This document shows, piece after piece, positions 10,329 through 20,679 of a stretch of DNA of 32,000 nt. Source of the stretch: Demequinaceae bacterium (lineage in GTDB: Bacteria > Actinomycetota > Actinomycetes > Actinomycetales > Demequinaceae); assembly GCA_965250005.1 (NCBI GenBank), contig OZ252279.1:870001-902000 (forward strand), given 5' to 3'. The translations under genes and the position numbers were made by a program. How positions within the stretch are numbered: position 1 is the first letter of the stretch; each line of letters opens with the position of its first letter. Under the pieces are notes generated by a model. The model was not told where the DNA came from and ran no database searches. It saw nothing but the letters and a program-made list of their open reading frames with translations.

Positions 10329-10856
10329 CTACTCAGTTAGTGCTGCGGACTTGTCGAGCGTGCGCTCGGTGATGGAACGGCTCCCGCGGCCGATGGCCAC
10401 CGTTCCGGACTGAACGATTTCGCGGACGTCGTGGACGGCTAGAGCCAGCATGAGCGCCTCGAGCTTCTCGGGCGTACCGACCGCTTCGACCACGACCGAG
10501 TCCGTAGCCACGTCAACTACGTGCGCGCGGAACAGGTCCACGATCTGCAGTATCTCCGTGCGCTGACGCGTGTCGCAGCGAATCTTGATGAGAAGTAGCT
10601 CGCGCTGCACCGAGCGATCGCGCTCGAGCTCGACAATTTTGAGTACGTGCACCAGCTTGTTGAGTTGCTTGGTGACCTGCTCGAGCGGGAGCTCGTCCAC
10701 GTCGACTACGACGGTGATGCGCGACACCTCGGGATGTTCGGTCTGCCCCACCGCGAGCGAGTGGATGTTGAACGCCCGGCGCGAGAACAACCCCGCGACG
10801 CGCGCGAGCACGCCCGGCTTGTTGTCTACCAGGACGGACAGTGTGTGCTTTTGCAT
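10329..10856 (-). CDS. ilvN: Acetolactate synthase small (regulatory) subunit
   Basis: HTLSVLVDNKPGVLARVAGLFSRRAFNIHSLAVGQTE ACT domain signature; adjacent to ilvB. Confidence 0.96.
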   Translation of the reverse strand: MQKHTLSVLVDNKPGVLARVAGLFSRRAFNIHSLAVGQTEHPEVSRITVVVDVDELPLEQVTKQLNKLVHVLKIVELERDRSVQRELLLIKIRCDTRQRTEILQIVDLFRAHVVDVATDSVVVEAVGTPEKLEALMLALAVHDVREIVQSGTVAIGRGSRSITERTLDKSAALTE

Positions 10857-10861
10857 TGTTC

Positions 10862-12715
10862 TCAGTCCTCGCGATCGAACGTCGGTGAGATTCCCTTGGC
10901 GTACTGGACCTCGTCGTTGCTGACTCCGGCGGCCACCATGGGCCAGACCTGCGCGTGCGGCGAGACGGTGAAGTCCACGACGACCGGCTGGTCGTTGATC
11001 TCCATGGCCCGATTGATAGTGGCGTCCACGTCCGCGTCCGATTCGCAGCGCAGCCCGACGCAGCCCATCGCCTCAGCCAGCTTGACGAAGTCCGGGGTGC
11101 GCGCCGTGCCGTGGCCGGTGTTGAGGTCCGTGTTGGAGTAGCGGCCCTCGTAGAACATCGTCTGCCATTGGCGGACCATGCCCAGCGATGAGTTGTTGAT
11201 GATCGCGACCTTGATCGGGATCTCGTTGAGGGCGCAGGTGACCAGCTCTTGGTTGGTCATCTGAAAGCAGCCGTCGCCGTCTATCGACCAGACGGTGCGG
11301 TCTGGCTCGCCCACCTTGGCGCCCATCGCGGCCGGAACCGAGTAGCCCATGGTGCCCAGGCCTCCCGAGTTGAGCCAGCTCCTGGGGCGCTCGTGGGTGA
11401 TGAACTGGCTGGCCCACATCTGGTGTTGGCCAACGCCGGAGACGTACGTCGCGTCGGGGCCGACAATCTCGCCCAGGCGCTGGATGACGTGCTGGGGCGC
11501 GCTCAGCCCATCCTCCGTGGGCGTGTAGCCGCGGGGGTACGTTTTGCGCCACTCGTCGATCTGCCGCCACCACCCCTCGAGGTCCGGCTGGCCGTGCTTG
11601 TGGTGCTCGTCGGCTAGGGCCGGGATGAGCTCAGCGAAGATGTCCTTCAAGTCGCCGACGATCGGGATGTCGACCGCGCGGTTCTTGCCGATCTCCGCGG
11701 GGTCGATGTCGGCGTGAATGACCTTGGCGTTCGGGGCGAAGCCGTCGAGCTTGCCGGTGACGCGGTCGTCAAAGCGGGTACCGAGCGCGATCAGCAGGTC
11801 CGACTCCTGCATTGCCGCAACCGCCGGAACTGTCCCGTGCATTCCCGGCATGCCGAGGTGCTGTGGGTGGGAGTCGGGCAGCGCGCCGCGCGCCATGAGA
11901 GTGGTAACCACTGCGGCGCCGGAGAGGTCGACCAGCTTTCGCAGGCCCTCCCAAGCACCGGAGCGGATCACGCCGCCGCCAACGTAGAGGACGGGCTTGC
12001 GGGCCGTCGCGATCATGCGCGCGGCCTCCTGGATGGACTTGGAGTGCGGCTTGGACACCGGGTGATAGCCGCGCAGGTCAAACTCCTGCGGCCACGAGAA
12101 CGTGGTGGTCGCCTGCAGCGCAGACTTGGCGATGTCGACCAGGACGGGAGCCGGACGGCCGGTGGTCGCAACGTGGAATGCTTCGGCGATGGCGCGCGGG
12201 ATCTGCGCCGGGTCCGTGACGAGCTCATTGTGCTTGGTCACGGGCTGCGTGATGCCCACGATGTCCGCCTCCTGGAAGGCGTCCGTGCCGATGTTTGCCG
12301 CCGCGACCTGGCCCGTGATGGCGACGATGGGGATGGAGTCGATATTGGCGTCCGCGATGGGCGTGACCAAGTTGGTCGCGCCCGGGCCGGACGTCGCGAT
12401 GCAGACGCCGGGGCGGCCGGTCACGTGCGCGTAGCCCGATGCGGCGTGGCCCGCGCCCTGCTCGTGGCGAACCAGAATGTGCCGGAGGATCTTTGAGTCG
12501 AGAAGCGGATCATACGCGGGCAGGATCGCTCCGCCCGGAAGCCCGAAGATGTCTGTGGCGCCAACCTCTTCAAGCGAGCGGATCAGCGATTGGGCGCCCG
12601 TCATCTCGGTGGGCGCGACGGATCCACCGGTGCGCGCTGTCGCCGTGGCTGCCTTCTTGGGCGCGGACGTTGGCGCCGGACCCGTGGCGGGTGACTTGAC
12701 CTTGGCCATCTTCAC
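10862..12715 (-). CDS. ilvB: Acetolactate synthase large subunit
   Basis: [86 protein letters not shown] 8 nt upstream of the ATG. Confidence 0.96.
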   Translation of the reverse strand: MKMAKVKSPATGPAPTSAPKKAATATARTGGSVAPTEMTGAQSLIRSLEEVGATDIFGLPGGAILPAYDPLLDSKILRHILVRHEQGAGHAASGYAHVTGRPGVCIATSGPGATNLVTPIADANIDSIPIVAITGQVAAANIGTDAFQEADIVGITQPVTKHNELVTDPAQIPRAIAEAFHVATTGRPAPVLVDIAKSALQATTTFSWPQEFDLRGYHPVSKPHSKSIQEAARMIATARKPVLYVGGGVIRSGAWEGLRKLVDLSGAAVVTTLMARGALPDSHPQHLGMPGMHGTVPAVAAMQESDLLIALGTRFDDRVTGKLDGFAPNAKVIHADIDPAEIGKNRAVDIPIVGDLKDIFAELIPALADEHHKHGQPDLEGWWRQIDEWRKTYPRGYTPTEDGLSAPQHVIQRLGEIVGPDATYVSGVGQHQMWASQFITHERPRSWLNSGGLGTMGYSVPAAMGAKVGEPDRTVWSIDGDGCFQMTNQELVTCALNEIPIKVAIINNSSLGMVRQWQTMFYEGRYSNTDLNTGHGTARTPDFVKLAEAMGCVGLRCESDADVDATINRAMEINDQPVVVDFTVSPHAQVWPMVAAGVSNDEVQYAKGISPTFDRED

Positions 12716-12766
12716 TCCTGTTTCTTGTGATCCTCGCGAGCAGATCCTGGTAGTCCGCCTCGCATG

Positions 12767-12794
12767 AAAAAACCCCTCTGCGTTGGCTGAGGGG
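12767..12794 (-). terminator. Intrinsic terminator (attenuator) in the ilvB leader
   Basis: The minus strand reads CCCCTC-AGCCAACGCA-GAGGGG-TTTTTT, about 52 nt upstream of ilvB. Confidence 0.85.
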
Positions 12795-12796
12795 AT

Positions 12797-12840
12797 GCGC
12801 GCGGACGATGCCGGGTTACGGGGACTAAGAGTCCGCGCGC
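12797..12840 (-). promoter_or_regulatory. Leader RNA stem spanning the leader peptide stop codon
   Basis: Perfect 10-bp inverted repeat GCGCGCGGAC (12797-12806) / GTCCGCGCGC (12831-12840), immediately upstream of the terminator in transcription order. Confidence 0.65.
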
Positions 12841-12869
12841 TTCGGTACTACTACAAGGATCGTCTGCAT
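12825..12869 (-). CDS. Attenuation leader peptide [14 protein letters not shown]
   Basis: ATG CAG ACG ATC CTT GTA GTA GTA CCG AAG CGC GCG GAC TCT TAG. Five consecutive Ile/Leu/Val codons ahead of an attenuator upstream of ilvB; GGAGG lies about 15 nt upstream. Confidence 0.82.
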   Translation of the reverse strand: MQTILVVVPKRADS

Positions 12870-12965
12870 GATCAGTACGCTACGCCTCCGTAGGTCGATT
12901 GTCACGCCGTTTCCGAGCAATCTCACATAGTGGTTCACGCTCTCGCATAGCGGGACGGCGGATCC

Positions 12966-12990
12966 GAACGCACTTGAACGCACTTGAACG
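12966..12990. repeat. Short direct repeat GAACG-CACTT-GAACG-CACTT-GAACG upstream of the ilvB leader
   Basis: A 10-bp period for 2.5 copies, read directly. Confidence 0.85.
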
Positions 12991-13209
12991 ATCTAGACGG
13001 GGTCCGTGGGCGTTCCGTAGCGTCAATCGTATGAATTCCCAACGCCTGACCGCGGCTCTGCCCGGCGGGAATGACGTCCTCGGGTGGACGTTCTCGGCGA
13101 CCAAGCAGCAATCGAACCGAATGACAGCGAGCGCCGTCGCAGACTCCGATCATTCAATCTCAGGGCGTAGGGCTCGTGACGATTGAGGCGCGCAAACCGC
13201 TTTCCCGGC

Positions 13210-13574
13210 ATGATGAGCTTCATGCGCGAGAACGAGAGCTCCGACCGTCCCCTTTCCAAGCGCGCCGAACAGTGGTTCGGGGTCCGGACAGTAGCCGGGG
13301 CACGTCCTATGAAGAACGCGTGACAATTTGGTGCGCCGCGGACTTCGTCGAGACGATGAACATGGCTGAAGCCGAGGCTCGCGAATATCTAGACCCAACG
13401 GGCGACAGGAGCCACTCATTTGTCGGCCTCGTCCAAGCGTTCATCATGTCTGAACCTCCAGGGCACGGAGCAGAGGTCTTTTCGCTCATGAGGTACAGCG
13501 ACCTGGCCCCGGAGCCCTACCTGACGCGCTTTTTCGATACCAGGGCGGAGAACGGGACGATCTACAAGGAGTAG
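13210..13574 (+). pseudogene. Small DUF4288-like protein gene split by an apparent single-base frameshift
   Basis: Frame A gives ...RAEQWFGVRTVAG and frame B gives GTSYEERVTIWCAADFVETMNMAEAEAREYL...GAEVFSLMRYSDLAPEPYLTRFFDTRAENG. One extra G in the GGGG at 13297-13300 yields continuous WFGVRTVAGGTSYEERVTIW. The family name is from memory. Confidence 0.55.
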
Positions 13575-13595
13575 TGGGTGCAACTCCGGGCATTC

Positions 13596-14483
13596 CTAGA
13601 CGGACAGCACGCGCGCTTCAGTGACGTAGGCGATTGAGGAGCGCGTGAAGATTGGGTCCTTGCGCGGCGCGAACACATGCGTGAAGGCGTCGTTCACCGA
13701 GCCCAGCGCGCGCATCAGCCAGCCGGGGAATGACGCGACCCTGAGCGGGCGGTCGGCGTCGGCCTCCATCAAGTCCTCGAACAGGTCGCCGAGTCGCACC
13801 GGCTCGGCGGCGACGGCGTTGCGCACGCGAAAGTTGCCACCGGCGCCCGCAAGGGCCTCGACCTCCTCGCGGATCGTCGCGACCAGCAGCTCGACGGGTG
13901 TGACGGACCACAGAACGCGCCCGCCGTCCGGGAGCCACAGCCTGCGAGCGAACACCGCACCGCGTAGCCCGGGGACCACGGTGCGGTCCCCCTCGCCAAA
14001 GATCAGGCTTGGCCGCAGGATGACGGCCTCGCGCCCAGTCCGCGCCGCGTCTTCACGCACCACCTGCTCGGCGGCCCACTTGGTGCGCGCGTAATCGTCG
14101 CGCAAGTCCGCGCCCGTCGCGTCGGCCGGCTCGAACGGGCCAGCATGGCCACCTGGGTAAACGGCCGCGGTGGAGATGTGGATCATGCGGGCGTGGGGCG
14201 CTGCGTCGAGCACGCGTCGAGTGCCGTCCACGTGGATCTCCTGCATGGCGCCCGACCGGTCCGTGGTCCCTACGTTCGCCGCGCAGTGGACAATCACGTC
14301 CAGCTTGAGCGCGAGAACCTTGGGCGGCACGTCCGCGCAAATGTCCCACAGAACTTCTCCGGCCGCGCCGGTGAGCCGTCGCACCACGCGCGTGACGCGG
14401 TACCCGTGCGCCTCAAGGTCCGTCGCGACGCGGCCGCCAACGAATCCTCCCGCACCCGTGACGAGTACCTTGCGCGAGCTCAC
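13596..14483 (-). CDS. NAD-dependent epimerase/dehydratase family protein
   Basis: A GTG start gives VSSRKVLVTGAGGFVGGRVATDL; VIVHCAAN, STAAVYPGG, DDYARTKWAAEQVV (YxxxK), LRPSLIFGEGD. Confidence 0.9.
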   Translation of the reverse strand: MSSRKVLVTGAGGFVGGRVATDLEAHGYRVTRVVRRLTGAAGEVLWDICADVPPKVLALKLDVIVHCAANVGTTDRSGAMQEIHVDGTRRVLDAAPHARMIHISTAAVYPGGHAGPFEPADATGADLRDDYARTKWAAEQVVREDAARTGREAVILRPSLIFGEGDRTVVPGLRGAVFARRLWLPDGGRVLWSVTPVELLVATIREEVEALAGAGGNFRVRNAVAAEPVRLGDLFEDLMEADADRPLRVASFPGWLMRALGSVNDAFTHVFAPRKDPIFTRSSIAYVTEARVLSV

Positions 14484-14589
14484 GAGGCGCCCAACCACGC
14501 GCGGCCCGCCGCCGCGCGGCGCGCATCGGACGCAACACCTGCGGCGGTGTTGCGGACACACGCCGGAACGGCGGTGAGAGTCGTGAGGA

Positions 14590-17511
14590 TCAGCCGGTCA
14601 GGCTGAGCACGATTGCGGGAGCAACCGGGTCCACGATAATTGAGTCGACGTCGTCGTCCGAGTCGCCTATCCCGCCGTCGGTCACGACAAATGTGACCGA
14701 GGTGCCGTCAATCGTCACGCCGGACAGCTCTGCCCAGGCGTCTGCGGAGTCAATCTTGAACACCGAGTTGACGGGAGACGGAAGCTCGAGCGTCACCGTG
14801 ACAGACCCACCGGGCTGCCACGTACACAGTGTGTACGTAGAAACGCCGAACGGAACCACAACATCTGCCGGCGGGGGCGACGAGTATGCGTCCGTCGCGA
14901 TCCACCCGATGTCATAGACGTCGCACTCAGATCCAGAAGCGGTGCCAAAAATGTCGCCAGCGTCAGTCGGGATGATGAACTCAACAGCGTCGATGCGTTC
15001 GACGGCGCCGACGTCGCAGCCCGCGCCTTCAGGGCGTGCCACCCCACGGGCATCTTCCGTCACAGTGCCACATGCGGCGATCAGGATCGCGTCAACCAGC
15101 GGGCTGGTCGCTGACGGGTTCAGCACCGGGACGACGCCGCCTTCATAACTGAGCGCGCCCAGCTCCGGGTCGTCCGCTTCTCCAAAGTCAGTCGCGTCTT
15201 CGCGGTCGTCAGTGCAGGTGCCGTCCACCTCGTCCTCGAAGTTGTACCCGCCAGATGTTGCCGTGAAGGCGCCATATATGCACCCTTCGCCCGTCGCACC
15301 GGCATATACGGTCGCAAACGTGAACAACCCTTCACCAGCGGCGACATGGTCGCCCTCGTACGCAGAGTTGTCGACGAATGTTCCGTATTCTGTGATGACC
15401 TCATCGGAGTAGGACATGATCGCTCCGCCCCCGACGAACACCTCTTCAGAACCCGTAACGACAGCGGTATCCGCCGTAGCCGAGTTCTCGACGTACGTCA
15501 CATTCCTGTTGTACACGTAGCCAAACTCGGTGAAGACAGCTCCGCCGAGCGCTTCTCCTGCTGCGTCGCCATCAACGTCATTGGCGGTGAAATTGACCGA
15601 GTTCCGGGCGAAGGTCGACTCGAGTATTTCGACATCGATTCCAAACTCTCCTTCTGCAACTCCGATCGCGCCGCCGTAGACGAACTGCTCACTGTCGTCA
15701 CCAATGGTGTCGATGGTGGAGGAGGCCGTGTTGTCTGCAAAATGAGCAAACTCGACCCCCACGTCAAGGCCTTCGGATGACACTGCACCACCGAACACAA
15801 CGGCCACCACTCCGCCCCCCACATCCGACGCGTCGGCTACAGCGTCGTTGGCAAGGAACTCGACGACGCCCGTGAGCGTCGTGTCTCCAGTCGAATCGAC
15901 CGCCCCGCCGTATGCTCCGACAAAGGCGCTTCCAGTGATGTCGGTGGCGTTCGCCGTCGCGGAATTCTTCTCGAGCGTAGACCCAAAGACCTCGGTTTCG
16001 CCGGACACATCGACGGAAAGCGCACCGCCTGTTGCGAAGGTATCGGCGCTCGAGCTTCCGGAGACGTCGGCGGTCGCGGTGTTCGCGCGGAGTGTCGATA
16101 CAGCGACGAGCAACTCTCCTTCTTCAAGCGCAACCGCTCCACCAAGAGCGGATGAGAACCCAGTTTCAAGCGGCGCGGTGGAGTCCGCATCCGCAGCGTT
16201 GCCGGTGAGAGTCGACTCATAGATGCCGACGTCAGCGTCCACGTTCGCCACTGCCCCGCCGCGGGCGCGCGAGACCGCATCACCCGTGCCAGCGGTGGCG
16301 GTCGCCTTCGCAGTATTCGATGCAAAGAGCGTGTCGGCGATCTCCGTTTCGGAATCCTCAACGTCGAGCGCGCCACCCTCGGCGTCCGCATCCGCGGAAG
16401 CCGTTCCTCCGGTCGCGGTAGCGATCGCCGAGTTGCTGGTAAACGAACTTTCGATCACGTCCGTGTCGGCTGTCGAATCGACGGCAACTGCGCCACCCGA
16501 CGCGTCCGATTCGGAAGAAGTCGGGGCAGCCGCGTCCGCGGTCACCGTGTTGGTGGTGAACGAAGCGCCATCAAGCGTGACGCTGTCGACGCTGTCGACT
16601 CGTAGCGCTCCGCCTTTGCCGTTCGCATAGGCATCTCCGGTCCCCGCGAGGTCCGCGGTCGCGGTGGCATCGTTCCCAGAGAACCTCGCGTCGATATCGG
16701 CCATACCGAGGTCGACGTGCACGGCGCCGCCGCGCGCGTAGGCTTCGGCGTCGTTCGCCGATCCTGCCGTGACATCGGCGTCGGCCGTGGAGTCGTTGCC
16801 CGTGAAGGTGGAGTCGCCATCAATGTCCACGTCCGCGACGAACACTGCGATAGCACCGCCATACGACGCCGCATACGCGTCTGCTGTGGTCGTTGAAGAC
16901 GTCGCCTTTGCATAGTTGCGGGCGAAGGTCGAGTCGATCACGGTGACCGGGCTACCAACCGAGTAGATCGCGCCACCATACGCGTACGCCTCACCCGACC
17001 CATCCGCCGTCGCAATCACACGGTTGTCCGTGAACGTCGCGCCGTCGATCGTGAGGCCCGCGGCCACCGTCAGGACTGCGCCGCCCTCGCCAACGCCCTC
17101 GGAGACAGTCCGGAACTCTTCGATCGTGATGTCGACGAGGGTAAGCGGCGCTGTCGCGTCGTGGACGATGAAGTGAACGCCGTCGCCCGCGAAGCCGTCG
17201 CTTCCGGTCACGGTGTGTCCGTTGCCGTCGATGATGAGTTCGATTCCACCCGCGTACGTGGGGTCGCCAACTTCGCCAGCGTCGAGAATCGCGAAGTCAC
17301 CGGTGATTTCGATGCGGTGGGGGCCTGCGGACGCATCGCCGGACAGCGTCACCAGCGCAGTTCGGTACTCGGCCTCGGTGTCGACGTCCGTAATGATCGT
17401 CGCGCCAGCGCGCGATGCCGGGACGGCAACGAACACGGCCGCGAGCAACGCCGCGATGGACACCAGGGCGGCGCGACGGGCGTCAACGCGAAAAAGTCCC
17501 GCCAGACTCAC
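14590..17511 (-). CDS. Large secreted repetitive (beta-helix/Pmp-like) protein with a choice-of-anchor U-like C-terminal domain
   Basis: Signal peptide-like N-terminus; repeated GGA(V/I/L)...STF..N units; GCDVGAVE motif; C-terminus GGSVTVTLELPSPVNSVFKIDS...VTDGGIGDSDDDVDSIIVDPVAP. GAGGAG precedes a GTG start (ORF track starts at a TTG, 17514). Confidence 0.85.
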   Translation of the reverse strand: MSLAGLFRVDARRAALVSIAALLAAVFVAVPASRAGATIITDVDTEAEYRTALVTLSGDASAGPHRIEITGDFAILDAGEVGDPTYAGGIELIIDGNGHTVTGSDGFAGDGVHFIVHDATAPLTLVDITIEEFRTVSEGVGEGGAVLTVAAGLTIDGATFTDNRVIATADGSGEAYAYGGAIYSVGSPVTVIDSTFARNYAKATSSTTTADAYAASYGGAIAVFVADVDIDGDSTFTGNDSTADADVTAGSANDAEAYARGGAVHVDLGMADIDARFSGNDATATADLAGTGDAYANGKGGALRVDSVDSVTLDGASFTTNTVTADAAAPTSSESDASGGAVAVDSTADTDVIESSFTSNSAIATATGGTASADADAEGGALDVEDSETEIADTLFASNTAKATATAGTGDAVSRARGGAVANVDADVGIYESTLTGNAADADSTAPLETGFSSALGGAVALEEGELLVAVSTLRANTATADVSGSSSADTFATGGALSVDVSGETEVFGSTLEKNSATANATDITGSAFVGAYGGAVDSTGDTTLTGVVEFLANDAVADASDVGGGVVAVVFGGAVSSEGLDVGVEFAHFADNTASSTIDTIGDDSEQFVYGGAIGVAEGEFGIDVEILESTFARNSVNFTANDVDGDAAGEALGGAVFTEFGYVYNRNVTYVENSATADTAVVTGSEEVFVGGGAIMSYSDEVITEYGTFVDNSAYEGDHVAAGEGLFTFATVYAGATGEGCIYGAFTATSGGYNFEDEVDGTCTDDREDATDFGEADDPELGALSYEGGVVPVLNPSATSPLVDAILIAACGTVTEDARGVARPEGAGCDVGAVERIDAVEFIIPTDAGDIFGTASGSECDVYDIGWIATDAYSSPPPADVVVPFGVSTYTLCTWQPGGSVTVTLELPSPVNSVFKIDSADAWAELSGVTIDGTSVTFVVTDGGIGDSDDDVDSIIVDPVAPAIVLSLTG

Positions 17512-17641
17512 CAAATCTCCTCAGATGGTGCGCCGCGCGTCCGCGGCACTAGTGCGACGGTACCAGGCGCGACCGCGCCTAGCGAGAACCGTGGCGGGTG
17601 CCAAGCCGTGCTCCGCTCGGGCGTGAGGGCGAGCGGTGGCG

Positions 17642-19336
17642 CTAGCCGACTACGGCCCCCGTCGATGCGCTTCCGACCAGCTTGCGATACTTGGCGAGCA
17701 CGCCGCGCGTGTAACGCGGCTCCGGCGGCACAAAGCCCTCGGCGCGCTTGGCGAGCTCCGCGGCGTCCACGAGGATTTCAAGCTTCTTGTTCGCCACGTC
17801 TAGCGTGATCTTGTCGCCATCCTCGACGAACGCGATGGGACCGGCATCAACAGCCTCGGGTGCAATGTGACCCACGCACAGGCCGGTGGTGCCTCCGGAG
17901 AAGCGGCCGTCCGTGATGAGCAGTACGTCCTTGCCCAGGCCCGCGCCCTTGATCGCAGCGGTGATCGCGAGCATCTCGCGCATGCCGGGTCCGCCCTTGG
18001 GTCCCTCGTAGCGAATGACCACCACGTCGCCCTTGTCGATGGTGCCGTCCTCGAGCGCGTCGAGCGCCTTGCGTTCGCCTTCGAACACGCGGGCGGTTCC
18101 CTCGAAAACATCGGTGTCGAAGCCCGCGGACTTCACCACGGCGCCGTCGGGCGCGAGCGAGCCATCGAGGATCGTGATGCCGCCGGTCTTGTGGATCGGG
18201 TTATTGAGGTTGCGGACCACGCGGCCGTCGATCTTCGCCGGCTGGAGGTCCTCCATGTTCTCCGCGAGCGTCTTGCCTGTGACCGTCATGACGTCGCCAT
18301 TCATCATCCCGGCTTCAAGAAGAGTGTTCATGACGGCGGGCACTCCGCCCACGCGGTCAACGTCGTTCATGACGAACTGTCCGAACGGCTTGAGGTCGCC
18401 TAGGTGCGGGACCTGGTCGGCGATGCGCGAGAAGTCCGCAAGCGTGAGGTCAACCTCGGACTCGTTGGCGATCGCAAGCAGGTGCAGCACCGCGTTGGTC
18501 GAACCACCGAACGCCATGACCACGGCAATGGCGTTCTCGAACGCAGGCTTGGTCATGATGTCGCGCGCCGTGATGCCCTGGCGAAGTAGTTCGACCACGG
18601 CCTCGCCGGACTTGTGCGCGTACATGTCGCGGCGCCGGTCCGTCGCGGGAGGAGCGGCTGAGCCCGGCAACGACATCCCGATGGCCTCGCCGACGGACGC
18701 CATGGTGTTGGCCGTGAACATGCCGCCGCACGCGCCCTCGCCCGGACAGATAGCCTTCTCGATCAGGTCCACGTCCTCTTGCGACATGAGCCCACGCGAG
18801 CACGCGCCCACGGCCTCGAACGCGTCGATGATGGTGACGTCCTTCTCCGTGCCGTCGGTCAGCGTGACGTGGCCCGGCATGATGGAGCCGGCGTACAGGA
18901 AAACGGACGCAAGGTCGAGGCGTGCCGCGGCCATGAGCATGCCCGGCAGGGACTTGTCGCAGCCGGCGAGCGTGACGCTGCCGTCCAGTCGCTCGGCCTG
19001 CATGACGGTCTCCACGCTGTCCGCGATCAGGTCGCGCGAGACCAGCGAGAAGTGCATGCCCTCGTGGCCCATGGAGATTCCGTCGGAAACCGAGATGGTG
19101 CCAAACTCGAGCGGGTAGCCGCCGCCTGCGTGAACGCCCTGCTTGGCCGCCTGCGCGAGGCGCTGGAGCGACAGGTTGCAGGGGGTGATCTCGTTCCACG
19201 AGCTCGCGATGCCGATCTGGGGCTTCGCGAAGTCGTCGTCGCCCATTCCTACGGCGCGCAACATGCCGCGCGAGGCTGTGGCCTCGAGCCCGTCGGTGAC
19301 CTGGCGTGAGCGGGGCTTGATGTCCGGAGTTGTCAT
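17642..19336 (-). CDS. ilvD: Dihydroxy-acid dehydratase
   Basis: Probable start [16 protein letters not shown]; [84 protein letters not shown]. Confidence 0.96.
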   Translation of the reverse strand: MTTPDIKPRSRQVTDGLEATASRGMLRAVGMGDDDFAKPQIGIASSWNEITPCNLSLQRLAQAAKQGVHAGGGYPLEFGTISVSDGISMGHEGMHFSLVSRDLIADSVETVMQAERLDGSVTLAGCDKSLPGMLMAAARLDLASVFLYAGSIMPGHVTLTDGTEKDVTIIDAFEAVGACSRGLMSQEDVDLIEKAICPGEGACGGMFTANTMASVGEAIGMSLPGSAAPPATDRRRDMYAHKSGEAVVELLRQGITARDIMTKPAFENAIAVVMAFGGSTNAVLHLLAIANESEVDLTLADFSRIADQVPHLGDLKPFGQFVMNDVDRVGGVPAVMNTLLEAGMMNGDVMTVTGKTLAENMEDLQPAKIDGRVVRNLNNPIHKTGGITILDGSLAPDGAVVKSAGFDTDVFEGTARVFEGERKALDALEDGTIDKGDVVVIRYEGPKGGPGMREMLAITAAIKGAGLGKDVLLITDGRFSGGTTGLCVGHIAPEAVDAGPIAFVEDGDKITLDVANKKLEILVDAAELAKRAEGFVPPEPRYTRGVLAKYRKLVGSASTGAVVG

Positions 19337-19371
19337 GCCCGCCAGTCTAGGACGGATGGCTGATGCTTTGG

Positions 19372-20271
19372 TCAGGCATGGTCGGGGCGCGTCTCGTAGA
19401 CGTAGACGGGGGTGCCTGGCTGGACATAGCCAGCGAGCGCGAGCACTGTCTCGTTGGAGACGCGGATGCACCCGTTCGAGGCGGCCGTGCCGAGCAGATT
19501 CGTGGCGTTTGTGCCGTGAATCGCGATCTGCGGCGGCCCACCGTTGAACTCGTTGAGTACCTCGGAATAGCCCGAAAGCCCCAGCGCGTAGGCTCCGTAA
19601 ACCCCCGTGGGGTTGGCCTGCAGGTCGAGCGGATCAGAGACGAAGTACAGACCGGGCGGCGTGGGTGTGCGAACGGTCCCGATTACGATCGTGGCGCTCA
19701 GCACCTTGTCGCCGCCTTCGAAAAACTCGAGAGCGAACTCATCGAGGTAGATGTTAATGCGCTGACTCGTGGTCGTGAGCGTCACGTCCTGCTCGCGAAT
19801 CCAGCCACCTGAGCCGTTCGGCTGGATCGGGAGCTTCACGTAGTGCCACGTCTCGCCCTCGATAATCGCGCCGTCAACAGAGAGCATCGTGAGCGGCTGG
19901 CCGTAGTACGTCCACTTCGACAAGTTCATGGTGGCCGAACCGTCACCGGGATTTTCGTACACCGGGAGCTCTTCGACCGCGATAGTCGCGACAGTAAAGA
20001 GCGCAACGCCATCGGCAATCAAGGGGCTGGGCGTGACGATTGGGTCGGGAGTGGCAATCAATGGGGCCGACGGCGTCGCGGACGGTTCTGCCACCGGTTC
20101 AGAGCCTGGTGCGGCCGCAAACGCGACTCCGATGGCGATTGCGGTGAGGGCGCCAGCACCGATTCCACCCGCGGGCCACGGGCGCTTCCACCACGGGCGC
20201 AAGACCGCGTGTCCCGGAGTGCTCGACGCGTGCGTGCCCTCCCCGTCCCTCCGGGTCGCCTTGTTCGCCAT
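19372..20271 (-). CDS. L,D-transpeptidase (YkuD domain), membrane anchored
   Basis: N-terminal TM segment; [16 protein letters not shown]...[20 protein letters not shown]; catalytic [25 protein letters not shown]. Confidence 0.9.
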   Translation of the reverse strand: MANKATRRDGEGTHASSTPGHAVLRPWWKRPWPAGGIGAGALTAIAIGVAFAAAPGSEPVAEPSATPSAPLIATPDPIVTPSPLIADGVALFTVATIAVEELPVYENPGDGSATMNLSKWTYYGQPLTMLSVDGAIIEGETWHYVKLPIQPNGSGGWIREQDVTLTTTSQRINIYLDEFALEFFEGGDKVLSATIVIGTVRTPTPPGLYFVSDPLDLQANPTGVYGAYALGLSGYSEVLNEFNGGPPQIAIHGTNATNLLGTAASNGCIRVSNETVLALAGYVQPGTPVYVYETRPDHA

Positions 20272-20320
20272 TGCTCAAGTATCGGTCACGCAGCGCGTTG
20301 CGGCGCACCAACCACGATCA

Positions 20321-20564
20321 GCCCGTCAAGATCAAAACAACTGCCGGCTCAATCAGTTCAGTGATGACTGCGTCGAGCACTTCGTCCAGGTCCCCGATCC
20401 CGTCACCGGATAGTCGCCAGTGGGGACCAAGCGATGTCGTAGACCGTACGGTCGGAGCCGCCAGCCGTGCCCGTGATCCTCCCGAAATCTGTGGGGATTG
20501 AGAATGATACTTGGCCCGTGTATTCCACTGTTCCGGCGTAGCAGTCAGCCGCTCGGGGTCGTGA
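20321..20564 (-). pseudogene. Degraded C-terminal remnant of the 14590-type secreted protein
   Basis: ADCYAGTVEYTGQVSFSIPTDFGRITGTAGGSDRTVYDIAW matches GCDVGAVERIDAVEFIIPTDAGDIFGTASGSECDVYDIGW. In a different frame LSGDGIGDLDEVLDAVITELIEPAVVLILTG* matches VTDGGIGDSDDDVDSIIVDPVAPAIVLSLTG*. Confidence 0.8.
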
Positions 20565-20679
20565 CTCTCCACGCTCGTTCCCGAGAATGGCGGCCGCGCA
20601 TGACGCACCAAGAATCAAGCTAATCAAAGGGCCACCCACCAAAGCCGCCACGCGCAGATCCAGCGCGATCAGACGGACA

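Noticed and set aside
10955-12767. Long ORFs opposite ilvB (e.g. 11714..12496), and similar antisense ORFs over leuB, ilvC, ilvD and gatB
   Set aside because: Typical GC3-driven antisense open frames, Arg/Ala/Gly-rich with no motifs; the sense-strand genes are unambiguous.
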